Source: Trypethelium eluteriae
Taxonomy: Eukaryota
Length of the DNA stretch: 41,385 nucleotides
Reading direction: 5' to 3'
Assembly: GCA_051942245.1 (NCBI GenBank)
Contig: JAVECL010000162.1
Coordinates: 1-41,385 of the forward strand
Shown: positions 1 through 11,893 of the stretch, piece after piece
How the letters are laid out: each line of letters opens with the position of its first letter
Numbering within the stretch: the first letter of the stretch is position 1
The notes under the pieces: model-generated
Seen by the model: the letters and a program-made list of their open reading frames with translations, nothing else
Database searches by the model: none
Told to the model about the DNA's origin: nothing
Made by a program: the position numbers and the translations under genes

Positions 1-474
1 GGAGGGTTGGGAGAGGAGGGTGGAGAGGAGCGAGGGGTAGAAGAAGCCGGTGGAGATCCAGGGGATTTGGAAGGTGCCGACGCCGATGCAGGGGTAGGTG
101 CGGAGAGCCCAGAGTTTGGAGCGCTGTTGGGGTTTGGGTGAGCGGTTGTGCTTTGTGTCGCTCTTGGGGTGGAGGCAGAGGTTGAGGTATGGGTAAGTGG
201 TGGTCGGTGCATGGGTTCTGGAATGGGGTTTGCGTACAATTGTGGAGACGTGTTTTGGGATGTCTTTCGAATCAATTCCACTGTAGTTTTCGAGGAGCTT
301 GCGGAACTGAAATCTAGTAGTTAGAAGTATTCCGGGTTTTGACTGCTTGTAAAAGCAAATTCTGACCTGTGGTGTTGAATGCATGGTGATATCTTCTAGG
401 TACCATGGTACATCTGTAGTCTTCAACTTTGCATACGACGGATCTGATCCGGGCTGTGACGATTGCGAAGACAT
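1..474 (-). CDS. SAM-dependent methyltransferase (AusD/Trt5-like fungal family), 3' part outside the window; exons 474-367, 306-238, 123-<1
   Basis: Not in the ORF track. Splicing GTCAGA..CAG (366-307) and GTACGC..CAG (237-124) gives MSSQSSQPGSDPSYAKLKTTDVPWYLEDITMHSTPQ|FRKLLENYSGIDSKDIPKHVSTI|RSKLWALRTYPCIGVGTFQIPWIS. This matches the 'LLENYSGI...H...IR..W...YPCIG' N-terminus I recall for this family. The SAM-binding motif itself lies outside the window. Confidence 0.8.
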   Translation of the reverse strand, partial: MSSQSSQPGSDPSYAKLKTTDVPWYLEDITMHSTPQVRICFYKQSKPGILLTTRFQFRKLLENYSGIDSKDIPKHVSTIVRKPHSRTHAPTTTYPYLNLCLHPKSDTKHNRSPKPQQRSKLWALRTYPCIGVGTFQIPWISTGFFYPSLLSTLLSQPS

Positions 475-1545
475 GCCTATCGTGTTCCACAAGGATGCGA
501 ACTGGGCGTCTGGTATGGCAGAAGCGATCCAGGAAGCGAATGTGGTCTTTATAAGGTATAGTAGTCACTGCGTCGCCTCCTCAGTTCCCGGGAATACGAA
601 GCTCATGGTGGGGTCTTATTCATTCTGAGATTCTTATTGGTAACCCTTATTTTACATCATCCGAACCACAAGCACTTCTATTTTGGACACGCTCTTCAGA
701 GCTCACTCCTCTGTACCACCATTCATGCTCACTGGAACCAGAGCAAGCTATGATGCAGCTCAATTCCCAATCATCATCGAATATGACTCCAATCTCCGGA
801 ATGAGGGGCTCCGTGAGCTTGGTCTTCGTTATTGTGGTTTTGATGTCGAGGGCGAAAGTGTAGTGCTGACAGGTGATGTGATGCGCTCCTACCGCCCCTC
901 CACCCACGCTCGTCTAGGTAGGCACCTATACGCGCAATGGCGGGGCGGCACTTCCATTTTGATGTATCGAACGGACTTAGCTTTCTGTACTCTGGTCAAG
1001 TCCGCAATAAGTTCAGAAATACTAGCATTGCACACGTTGATTGTTGGATTCCTATTGACCTCCTACCAAGCTTGAATGCTTCCTAGGTGAAGTCTGAGAT
1101 GCTAACTGGGTAAAAGACGAGGAAAAGGAAGCAACATGGCGTTTATTGGGTAATCGAAAGGAGAGATAGAGGCTAAGACGAAAGCAGATCGAGATTGACC
1201 TCCGACATGATCATTAGACTGTAAATGTCATTAATTGTGCTTAGAATAGGGCCGACAGGGCTGAGATGCTGAAAGTTTTGTAGTATCCTTGGAGGGTGGA
1301 AAGTCGTGAAAATGGGTAGTTCATAAATTGTAATGTGGAGATTTAGACTGGATAAACAGTGAACAATGCGAGGAAGATTTGCGCATAAAATACAGAGAAT
1401 ATTGCACTTGGGAATGACAAGAGCTCGGCAATCTCTCCCGACAGCCAATATCGACCTCCTACTCCACCAACTCCCCCAAGTCCCACGATATCCCAAGACC
1501 CTCGGTCTATAACCAACGGTCCTCAGTCTTTTAATTCAAGACAAT

Positions 1546-1776
1546 TCATTGTCTTCCATCCGGTGGACCCGGGTATTGTGGTAGCGTGTTACCTTGCCCA
1601 GGCTGTCCGTACTGCTGGCCTCCTGGCGGGCCCTGCTGATACTGCTGCTGCTGGTATTGCTGAGGCGGTGCATGAGCGGGCCGAGCAGCATATTCTTGCT
1701 GTGAGCCTTCGTTTCCTTGCTTCTGGCGTTCTCGACGGGCGCGTATGGCTCGGCTGATGAGAAAAGTGATACACAT
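1546..1776 (-). CDS. Small 76-aa Gln/Pro/Gly/Tyr-rich protein, probable 5'-UTR intron 1958-1780
   Basis: ATG at 1776 (AAAATG context) lies 3 nt after a CAG acceptor. Donor GTGAGT at 1958. Protein MCITFLISRAIRARRERQKQGNEGSQQEYAARPAHAPPQQYQQQQYQQGPPGGQQYGQPGQGNTLPQYPGPPDGRQ. Confidence 0.65.
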   Translation of the reverse strand: MCITFLISRAIRARRERQKQGNEGSQQEYAARPAHAPPQQYQQQQYQQGPPGGQQYGQPGQGNTLPQYPGPPDGRQ

Positions 1777-2961
1777 TTTCTGTTGGGGGGCAAGACCAGG
1801 ATGTTCGAGGTTATCAGATGTTCCCGAATGAGTAGGTGGCTGCTTTCGTCCGGATAATGTGTCCTTTGACTGGGAGGTGAGGCTCAAGATAAGTGTAGAC
1901 GAATGGTGAAGTAACCGGTTTTCGTTGATGTCTTCCAAAGATTGCGTTTTACACTCACGGGAAATGTCGTGAAAACTGCTTTAAATGATGACGATGATGG
2001 TATGAAGGAAATAAAGAGAGACCACCTCAGTTACCTCACTCTACCTAAATACTGAAACTTACTGTCCCCTGATCTGTGACGTCGCAGCGCCCGCTCTAAA
2101 TTACTGCAATGCAAATGGCTGATAACAGAGCACATTCTGAGGCTGAGGGTGTGAATCAGAGCTCTCTAGTGTTGTATTTTTGACGTAGTATCCTTTATTG
2201 AGAAGATCTTGCGAGAGGCGGAGCTCGATATTATAGAGAGAGAACTTTAGGTTCGTTGGCGGCGCCGGCGATCATTCGCCTCTTTGGGAGCTCCTTGCGA
2301 TGGCGCTGGACTGTGCTCGGGAAGGGGCTCACAAAAAGATAATCTCCATTCTCCTCCTTGGATCGCGCTGCTGTGGCTTCACCTGAAGCAACGATCCATT
2401 TCAGTAAGTACGGCGAGTTGCTTCTCTATCTCCAAGGGTCTGCTCCGTCACCTGTGAACGTCATGCTTCATCAGTCTTGAAGGCAAGAAGGCCAGTCGCG
2501 CGTTCAACTCCGAAAGGGGTTTCATGATCTTCTGCGAATGCTTAGCTGAACACTCAATGGCCATAAGTATGTCTGCAGAGAAGACTTTATCTTCCTCGGT
2601 ACTCCGTACTCCGTACTGACGAAGGAGGTCGCTCGGTATGAGCAATGTGTGAGGCGCCGGATTCCGTCTTTTCCCGACAAAATCTCAACCTTCGGCTCAC
2701 TTGGCCACTTTTGCATACGCCAGTCACGCCCTACGCCGGCCAGCCGCTTATGACTAACTCTGGCAATGCAGTATTTGAGCCTCGATTCTCATCCCACATG
2801 TAGCAAATAATTACAGGTTGATGAGGAACGCAAGGTGGGAATTCTTTTGTCTATTTTCACCACTTGAACCGTCTTAAAGGATTGTGCATTGTCCATAAAC
2901 CCTAATACAACCCAGTCTTCTTCTGGTGGGATATTTTCTTTACGAAACTACCTTATATACC

Positions 2962-4459
2962 ATGGCCTTTCCAAATCGACGATCCCTTGATCATATTCCA
3001 GTCGAGTTGCAGGACCAACGTTTGCCTGGTGCAATCTCTGGACAATCCCCAGACTACGAGGAAACTCTGGAAGCATCGCAATCACCTTCAGTAACGCAAA
3101 ATGAGAGGTCAGCAATACTTCCTATCAGACTCTTGACTCATTACCTTCTTTAACTTCCTTCATTATGCCGCTTGTAGACGCGCGATCCTCATCGTGGTAG
3201 CCTCATTTGCTCTTACCTTTACTGGCTGTGGTCTTAACTTCGCATTTGGTGTTTACCAAGAACTCTACGAATCTATGGGCGGGCCCTTCGAGAATGTCAG
3301 TCCAGCCGCTATAGATCTGATCGGAACTTTGGCTGTCTCAATTATGACCATCGGTGCCCCCGTTGCTTCCTCTTGGACCAAAGCTTACTCGCCCCGTTCA
3401 GTCGTACTTATCGGTGGCTTGCTCCTCGGACTAGGCAATATTCTGGCCTCTTTTGGGAATCAGCTTTGGCATTTTATACTTACACAGGGTCTCCTTGTTG
3501 GTATGGGCACTTCCTTATCGTACATTCCAGCGGTCACTGTCAGTCCGGGCTGGTTTGATAAACGGCGAGGACTGGCTATGGGAGTTGTCTCAAGCGGTAC
3601 CGGAGTCGGCGGTGTGTGCTGGGCGCCTGCTCTACGAGCACTCAATGCAAAGATTGGATTTTGTAACACGCTCCGCTTGACTGGCGTTGTAGGTTTCGTT
3701 ATGATCGGTGTGGCTGGATTGGTCCTGAAATGGGATCCAGACAGCGAGCGCCGGAATGAAATCGAGTATCCGAGGAACTCTGGAGGCTTTCGCAAAGTGC
3801 GGATACCTCTAGTCGACTGGAGAATCGCACGTAGCCGTACATTTGTTGCTCAAGCTGTTGGCGCCACTTTACAATCTGCGGCCTACTACACACCCGTATA
3901 TTTCTTCTCTGCTTATTCAAGAACGCTTGGATATACAGCAGCAGCAGGTGCCAACTTCATTGCAGCAAGTAACGCATCCAGTGCTGGTGGTAAAGTAGCG
4001 CTCGGCTGGTTCGCTGACCGATTCGGTCGTCTCAACACGCTACTTGCTTGTACACTGATTAGTGCGGCAATTACACTTGGTCTATGGCTCCCGTCAACTC
4101 TTACAGGCGTCACTGAAAGCCATGGTAAGGGACTTTTCGTGGCCTTTGCCATCACTTATGGAATTTTTGCGGGCTCTTATATCTCGCTCTTTCCCACAGC
4201 CTTGGTCGAAATATTTGGAGTACAGAACTTCGCGAGTGTTAATGGATTTCTTTACATGGTGCGTGGTTTCGGGACACTAGCCGGGACGCCTGCAGCAGGA
4301 GCCTTAATTAAGTCTCGGAGCCATATGTCGATCAGCACATTACAAGCTGCTTCTGCGTACGAAAGAACTGCTATCCTTATTGGGGCACTTCTTGCGGCTG
4401 CAACGCTGGCCGTCTTGTGGGTACGAATGGAAGCAGCGGGGACAAAATTGAAAGCGTAA
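2962..4459 (+). CDS. MFS transporter, monocarboxylate porter (MCT/MCH-like) family; exons 2962-3107, 3178-4459 (475 aa)
   Basis: About 12 hydrophobic segments, 'FAFGVYQELY', 'WFDKRRGLAMG', MFS motif 'GWFADRFGRLN'. Phase-2 intron GTCAGC..TAG joins the upstream ATG in frame. Confidence 0.92.
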
Positions 4460-4921
4460 TAATTGCCGGCTGCTATAGAACCCATGGCGACGAAGAGGGC
4501 GTCCATGTCAAATGAGGCAAATGCCCTTGCTTGACCTGGGGCCTGTGAAATTTATACTATGAGACATGATGAACATGAGAAGGTCATTCGTTGGCAAGAC
4601 ATTTCGACCTTCCCTATTGAGTTTTCGCAGGGTTCGAGCGCCGGGGAAAAGTTTCAGCCCCAACCCGTCAGGCCATCGCTCTCATGCATGCGGTGCATGA
4701 TTGCCTGCTCCCGCCCCAATCAAGTTTCTGTTTTCTTTAGTTTCGTCTGAGTGCTACCTGTCCCTGCTTCTGTGTAGACTCTAACCTATTCTTGGAAAAT
4801 CACAAAAGCGAGGGGCGTGCCAGCTTTGATGGAGAATTGCGGCAGACGCTACGCAAGATCGCGTCCCTCTCCCTACTTTCGCACCATGAAATAATCATTC
4901 TTTGAGGATAACGATACGAAG

Positions 4922-7900
4922 ATGAACACACTCATTTGGTCACTCGTTGTATTGATAAGCGCATTAGAACTATTGGATGGCTTTTCGTGTAAGTAGCCTG
5001 TTCTTCGAAGTCAATCCGCTAACAAGAACTACAGACGCAAGCTCTTCGTCAAATATAAATCGGATCTCTCGTTCCTCTGCGCAAAGCCGGTCTGGCTTGA
5101 GTTTGCTGTCGCGCACTTCTACTTCTCTCGCAAGCTTGTCTCAGAAAAGTACCCATGGCATAGGGAGCTATATTGTAGCAGGATTAGGACAATCATCGAG
5201 CGGTTCTCTAACTATCACTTCATCTGAAGTCTTTTCAAGAAACTCTTCTTCGCTCTTATCAAGTCCTACCCAGAACTCTACGTCCTTATCTCCAACATAT
5301 ACGGCGAATGCTACACAAATCAGCTCTAACGGCACCGGCTCTGCATATGCACAAAGCTGTTCGAAAGCACTCGAAAGCTACGATGCTGCTCGCGCTTCTT
5401 GGCAGAGCAGTCATAAGTACGAGACGTACGAGACGATTGGATTCAGTGTAGAAACTACTACTGTCTATCAATATGTCACGACTACTCTGTGCGATGGAAT
5501 ACCTCGAGCCATCAGTCCTCACGATCCAGATGTCCAAACTAGCACGATTAGTGGCTATTACGGTGAGGCTGTGGCTACCAGTCCTTATCCCGTGAAGCCA
5601 CCATGTAGCATCGCGCCAGTGGATTGTGATCCGCTAATGGCCACCTATTATTCTGAGAGTGTCTCGTATACGTCGGCTCTATCAGCATGGTCGAACTACA
5701 GCGAGGCTCACGAGTCAAGCGTGACGTGCAGCGAATCAGGAGGATACCATTCCTGCAGCATACCTGGCGCACCAATATCACCAACATCACCCCCAGCTCC
5801 GGATTGCGTACCATCTTCCGTATGTTCGGCATGTCAGATCACAGCTCAGTCCATACGCTTGCTTTACTGGCCTCAAACTGCGGTACCTAATAACGGTCTG
5901 TGTCCGAATGGAACGAATATGACGACTTATACTGCCGAGCCAACAGGAAGTGGGCCGAACACGCAGGTATTCGAGGGCATGACCCTTACTTCTCCAACCG
6001 CGTATATGTCTTTCAGCGGAGTTGGCGTTGACTGGTGCGGAACTCAGAGCATTGTAAAGACGAACACCATCATACCGGTTGATCCTCATGATGTTTCCAG
6101 TCTGAGAGTTGTTCCATATCCCATTGCTGGCGAGCCATACCCTTACGGCACCTTTGCTGGACCGTACTCATTTAATTACGGTGACTTCAATACACCCATG
6201 CCTTACTCAGCCTATACAAATGCGTGGTTCTGCCATGGGGAACCGGCAAACTTCTGTCCGATCATGACTCCGGATCAATACTCTCCTATCGTGGCCTACC
6301 CAAAGAGCTTCATGGAAATCCTCAATCCCATGTATTCAGCCTGTACCCTCATATACGACTACCGAGGCGTCTACGATCCTCCTCATGCATTGCAGCAAGA
6401 GCCATCAGCCGCGCAACCGATCCCAGTCTCCCCAACGACGCCGCCAGCCAGAGGCCCGTCTCCGATCCCAACAGGACCTAACATGAATCCCACCACGCCT
6501 GCCTCCGCCAGCCCGCCCATAATTGCTCCAACGCCATCCCGAACGCCAAACCAACAACCTACGCCCAACCCCACTGAACCCTCTGCAGCAGGCCCACCTC
6601 CATCATACCCACAACCACCCGGCCAAGGCGGCTCAGGAGACCCCGCAGGAAACGATCCGCGTCCCGCGCAAGACCCCAATCCTCCGCCCGCACAGCCCGC
6701 TCAGGACCCTCCCCCAGGGAACCCTCCATCCGACCCCGACTCTGATCCGCGCCCTGCTCCCGGGCCCGCTGGCAATGACAATGGGAACGTGAACGGCGAC
6801 CCGGGGACCCCCTCGTCTGGCAACACTCCTCGTCCCGAAGGAGGTTCTTCTGAAGGCGATCCCGCACGTGGAGGCGATCCGGCGCAGGCTGTGGGCGGCA
6901 ACATCGTCAGCATGTTGCTGAGTCCCGGCGGAAGAGGGGGCGGAGGCGGAGGCGGCTCCTCTGGCGCGAATGCGGGGGCGGACTCGGACCCGAGCAACGG
7001 TGGAGCACCTGAGAACTCTGGCTATGGCTATGGCTCTAGCTCTGGCTCTGACTCGCCAAGCGATCCCGGGATTGATATTCTCCCCGCCCTCGCTGAAGGG
7101 GGTTCGAACCCTCGCCCGAGTCCTGGGGATTTTGCACCTGGGCAAGGAGCTTCGTCTGGCGGCGGCGGTGGCAGTGCTGGTGGTGATGCAGGAGCGCAGG
7201 ATCCGCGGGTGGTGGCGCAAGTGGGTGGACAGCCTGTCTATGCGATCCCGAACGAGCCCAATGCTGTACAGATCGCGGGAGCCACGCTGCGCCCTGGCAG
7301 CCAGACCGAGATGGGCGGGACGCCGGTTTCGGTCGGGAACGGGTATCTGGTCGTGGCTAGTGGTGCGCAAGCTTCGACGGTTGCTTTAGGGGGTTCAGGA
7401 GTAGCGCAGGACCTAAGAGTGGTTGGGAAAGTTGGGGGACTGCTGGTTTATGCGGTTCCAAATGATCCAGATGGCGTGCAAATCGATGGGACTACGCTGC
7501 GTGCGGGTACGATGACGGAGATCGGAGGCGCTCCTGTCTCAGTGGGCAATGGATATGTTGTCGTTGGCAGTGGGGCCGCGGCTTCGACTATCTCCTTGCC
7601 AGGGACCACCGCTGGTGCGAATGCAAGGCTGGGTCTGGGTGGAGATAACGGAGCTGGAAACGCGATTGTCCAGGCTGCTGCAGGAACTGGAGCGGTCCTG
7701 ACGCTCGGATCGCAGACGCTCACGGCACTGGATGAGCCTGGTCATTCTGGAATTGTCGTCATCGGATCGCAGACACTCTCACTTGGCGGACCTCTGGCAA
7801 CGATTGATGGGCATGTCATGAGTGTGGGAAGTAATGGCTTGGTCATTGACGGTAGCTCTACGGTGGCGCTAGCCACGCCATTGACGGCAGACTCTGGTTC

Positions 7901-8486
7901 GGGGACTAAAGCTACAGCTGTCGTTTCTCTGGGGTCTGACGTAGTTACGGCATCTGAAGAAAGTAATGGCGATATGGTCATTGGGACGCAGACACTCTCA
8001 GTGGGCGGACCAGCCCTCACGATCGATGGACACGTCTTTAGCGATGGACCAAATGGCGTTGTTATTGACGGATCGAGGACAGCTTCGTGGGCACCATTTT
8101 CGGGTATAGCAGAGGAAGAAGTACGTGTCACAGGGGCTGATGGCAAGGTGCTGACCGCAGTCGAGGAGTCTGGTCACCCTGGAACGGTGGTTATGGATGG
8201 TAGCATCACGCTAAGCGTAGGAGGACCAGCGATAACGGTCGATGGAGAGGTGGTTTCCTTGGCGCCTGGAGGTTTGGTCGTGAATGGCAGTGTGACCAAG
8301 GCATTCTCGAATGCACCCATAACGGCATCTGCAACTAACACTGCTGCGAATAGCGCCACCGGCGCCGCAACAAGATTTGGAAATGCACAGGCGACGAGCA
8401 CGAAGTCTGGAGCCATGGCCTTGAGAATTAGAGCATTGGTTGTTGGACTAACCAGTGCCATTTGGTTCTTTGCATTTTTGGTCTAA
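4922..8486 (+). CDS. Large secreted, probably GPI-anchored cell-surface protein (Ser/Thr region, Cys-rich domain, Pro/Gly linker, Gly/Val beta-type repeats); exons 4922-4988, 5035-8486 (1172 aa)
   Basis: Intron GTAAGT..GCTAAC..CAG (4989-5034) supplies the signal peptide MNTLIWSLVVLISALELLDGFS. C-terminus STKSGAMALRIRALVVGLTSAIWFFAFLV resembles a GPI signal. Confidence 0.85.
7194..8290 (+). repeat. Intragenic protein repeats: two ~70-aa units (210-nt period) plus three 'G(S/T)QTLS.GGP..T.DG.V.S....GLV.DG'-type units
   Basis: AQDPRVVAQVGGQPVYAIPNEP..VSVGNGYLVV at 7194 versus AQDLRVVGKVGGLLVYAVPNDP..VSVGNGYVVV at 7404. Later units are visible in the translation. Confidence 0.85.
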
Positions 8487-8610
8487 GATTACAGTATTGC
8501 GTTGAATCGCTCAAGAGACCGCACGGCTGATCGAGTCAGCGATGGTGGTGCGCACACGTATCGCATCCAGCAGCGAATGACCGCCCAAGCCTCGCAACCA
8601 CATCTCACTT

Positions 8611-9275
8611 TCAGGTACAGCTGCTGCTTCCTGGAACGAAGGTTCCATCGGAGTCCTCACAACCACACTCGCCAGTATTGGGATCTTCAATGCATCCAGT
8701 ACCATAGCCCTCGCTTTCACCTTCGTCACTGTTTACACAGGTTTCGTCAGGAATGCTGTTTCGTAAATGTGGGATTCTGTGTAGGAACTCACCCCCAAAA
8801 GAAGGTCCAGCAGTCGGCATCATCGTCTGTCATCTGAGCGCTGGTCGGCGCGGTACAGGTGTAGGCCGAGCAAGTACCATAAGGGGCGCCGTGAGAGGAG
8901 TCATATCTATACGGCGAAAGGTGATGAGTTAAATGCTTCGAATAGCGCTCGTTACAATGATAAGGACATGTACTTTCGTCCAGCGCTGAGATGAAGAAAG
9001 CAGCCAGGCTAGAGGATGAAAGTGGTAACATACTGGTGATCAGTGACGAAGACCGCAAAAGTCTGGGTACCAGAGACACGCGTGTTGTGGCTGCACTCAG
9101 CGGCCTGGATAGCCGTGGAAACCTTGGAGGCGCTACAGGCTTCCTTGGCTGGGCAGACACCCTTGGTGTTGGAAGTGGCAGGATCCAGAGTACGCTTATT
9201 CAAGGCCTGGACATGAGGAGCCCCCAGGGCTGGTGCGATAGATGCGAGAACGGCTAGAGGAATGAAGAACTGCAT
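8611..9275 (-). CDS. Small secreted cysteine-rich protein (157 aa, 10 Cys); exons 9275-9034, 8906-8793, 8728-8611
   Basis: Signal peptide MQFFIPLAVLASIAPALGAP and Kex2-type LNKR. Introns GTATGT..TAG and GTGAGT..CAG join three ORF-track fragments in frame, ending GCIEDPNTGECGCEDSDGTFVPGSSSCT. Confidence 0.9.
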
Positions 9276-10035
9276 TTTGAGTACAAAAATAATGATAGTC
9301 CTAATGAGAACGACAGAAATTGCCACAAAGAGCAGAACGATGAACGAAAAGTAAAGAATGTGCAATGAAGCGAAGGCTGGAGAAGTGATGCCGGTGGTTG
9401 AAGAAGTACGTCTTCTTGCTACCTTATAAACGGATGATTAGAGCACTCAGTGGATTACAATTAAAGTTGATCTTCATCATAGTGAAACTTTGAAACAATA
9501 TTCTTGAAACCATCGAGAAGATTCCCCATCATTTTTGCTTTCGGCAGACTTATCCGGTCATGGTCTAGAGAGTTTTGAGGGCTTCGCAAGGGTTTTTACA
9601 AAGATGATGCTTGCCGAAAGCCAGGAGTAGTCGTCGGTTACCCCGAGTTCTGAAACGGTTCATCTCCCGCAGAACCATTTTGAGTGGTTTGGGTAAGCAC
9701 AGCGGATGGTTTGCCCAGTCGTGTAGATCTAGTATATATGTGGGGACAATCCTCAATTTCCTCAGGTTTACTGCTGCACAGGAGAAGCATCTCTGAGAAG
9801 GACGAGGTATTCCGACACGTGGTTGAGGGCAAGGTGGTCGGAGCTGGAAGATGTTTGGTAGCCGCTTCGGGTTTCGGGGTCATTTACCCGCGAGTCACGA
9901 GAGTAATACAGCTTAAAATTGGACCTGAACAAAAAGCTTCAAAAGGTACCACAGTCCCAAAATAAATCTGGCCTCTGATTTCGACCTCCTCCTTGCATCA
10001 AGTCCGCCCATTGCGATTACACTCTACACACCATC

Positions 10036-10858
10036 ATGGGCATCCTGCGCACCACCACTTCCATCATAGGATGGAGTTCTCTGGCAACAGTTGGCACGTT
10101 TGTTGCTTGGACCCGGAACTCGAAGTTTGTGCCCATGACGACGACAGATGAGATCTTTACAAATGTCATCTACAATCACTTAAACCCGGAGCGAAACCCA
10201 ACATTTCATGACTTGTGCATAAGGAGGGTGCCACTGAGTAAGATCAGGCCCGAACTATTGGAGAAGGATGGGAAACTGGTAGAGCAGTTTTGCGCTGGCG
10301 TTTGGAGCGGATTTGGTGAGTTGGCACAGTTTCGTTTGCGGCATTATTTTTTTTGATCGACCAATCCGGAAGATGGAATGCCCGTCCAGAAGCCATCACC
10401 AGGTCATTGCACTGGAATGATTGAACGACGCTAATCTTCAGTATTGCTGGAGTGTAGGCTACACTATCCAACGCAAAATTCTCGAGCGATTGTCTCGCGG
10501 GCCAGAAACCGCGCATCAATTATGGGATCGTGAGGAGTTGAAAGCGTCTTCCTACCCATTGGGCACCCAAATCACAGACCATTTTGAGGTCGTGTCGCAT
10601 TCTCCGTCAGCGATTATGGTGCGATGTGGAGACTCGCCCAAGAACAGCGATGTCAGAGAGACTGACGGCTTATTCGAGATGCGGGCAGAGGTGAAGGAAG
10701 CGGAAGGCGTGGCCGAGTTTCAACTGAAGAGTTGCTTCTACCAAGGACTAGGCAAATCAGACACCGGCGCGCCCCCAATCAACGCCGCGGCTGGCTGGCT
10801 GCATCAATTGTATACAAAGCTATGGATGGAGAGTGCACTTAGGAATGTGGTGAGATGA
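10036..10858 (+). CDS. Fungal hypothetical protein; exons 10036-10315, 10458-10858
   Basis: Phase-1 intron GTGAGT..CTAAT..TAG joins ..FCAGVWSGFG|YTIQRKIL.. in frame. Motifs NP..NPT.HD.C, G..ITDHFEV, VRCGDSP and H..YTKLWMESA look family-conserved. Function unknown. Confidence 0.85.
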
Positions 10859-11893
10859 CCGCATTCTTTGTACGGGGTATGGAGACGGAGATGGACGCCA
10901 TGGAGATGGAGATGGGGAATGCCAAACATGCCCATTTGCACCAATTGCCCATTTGCCCATTTGTTGGTCAACGGATCGACCGAAGCGGCCGCGTAATTGA
11001 AATGTGGCGTCCAATGAGGCGACTGAGGCTTTGACGGGTGCGGTGGTTGGGGGATCCTGGCCCTTTTCTCCACAGCACGGGAAACGACCCACCCGAGCGG
11101 GAATTATGTCTTAGGGCTTAAACTGGAAAGATGTTCATGTGCAGGAAATGGTCAGGGTGGTCAGAGAGTGGTCAGTGTTGACAGCGAAAGATCTGTGCAG
11201 TCCATGAAAAGGAGCAGAGGCAGCAGTAGCAGCGATGTTGTGCAACAATGAATTGGCGCATCTCATTGGATCGATGCAGTGAATGCATGGCGCTGATGAA
11301 GATACGCGTTGATGACCTCCGCACGCCGGCATGGTCCGGTGTGGAGACAGGTCTCTCCCAAGTTTTCCATAATGCCGATGGCTGGGCGCAAGCGAGGCCC
11401 GGCGGGCAGCGATAAGAGAAAGCGGCAGGTGGCAGGGGTCGAGAGAGGAGGATTGACAATTTTACGTTTCAGAATGGGCGCGATCCGGCGGGCAGCGCTT
11501 CAAGCAGCCTAGCCATCAAATAGCTTCGTAGACGATGCCTGTCGGGGATGGTGATGGAGGGTGATGGGGGGGTGACTGTTGAATCAATGGAGTTAGTTGT
11601 GTTAGCCTTTGCTCCTCACCCGCCATCCGGATTAGCGGTTCCAGGGGTCGAGGTGCTGGTCACTGGTCAATTGGCCCAAAGCCAAGCTCTGTGATATGCG
11701 GCCTACCTGCAGCAACACAAGCCCTTTATATTCACGATACCCTCGCTGCGTGTTTTCCCCCCTTTACCATTCTCGCCAACTGCTCTGTATCCTTCCTCCT
11801 CATTTTTCCTCCCTCATCGTCGAACTTGCGTCGTTTCCTTTACTCACTACACGCTCGTTCTGCGCTTGCCTCCTGTACAATACAGTATCCATC

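Noticed and set aside
647..1075. ORFs 683-1075 (+) and 647-907 (-)
   Set aside because: Non-ATG starts, no recognisable motifs and no convincing splice partners.
6383..8461. Several long antisense and alternate-frame ORFs within the GPI protein gene
   Set aside because: Shadows of GC-rich, Gly/Pro/Ala-rich coding sequence.
10879..10963. Short GGAGAT and TGCCCATT tandem repeats
   Set aside because: Simple low-copy microsatellite-like 3'-UTR sequence with no spacers, so not CRISPR-like.
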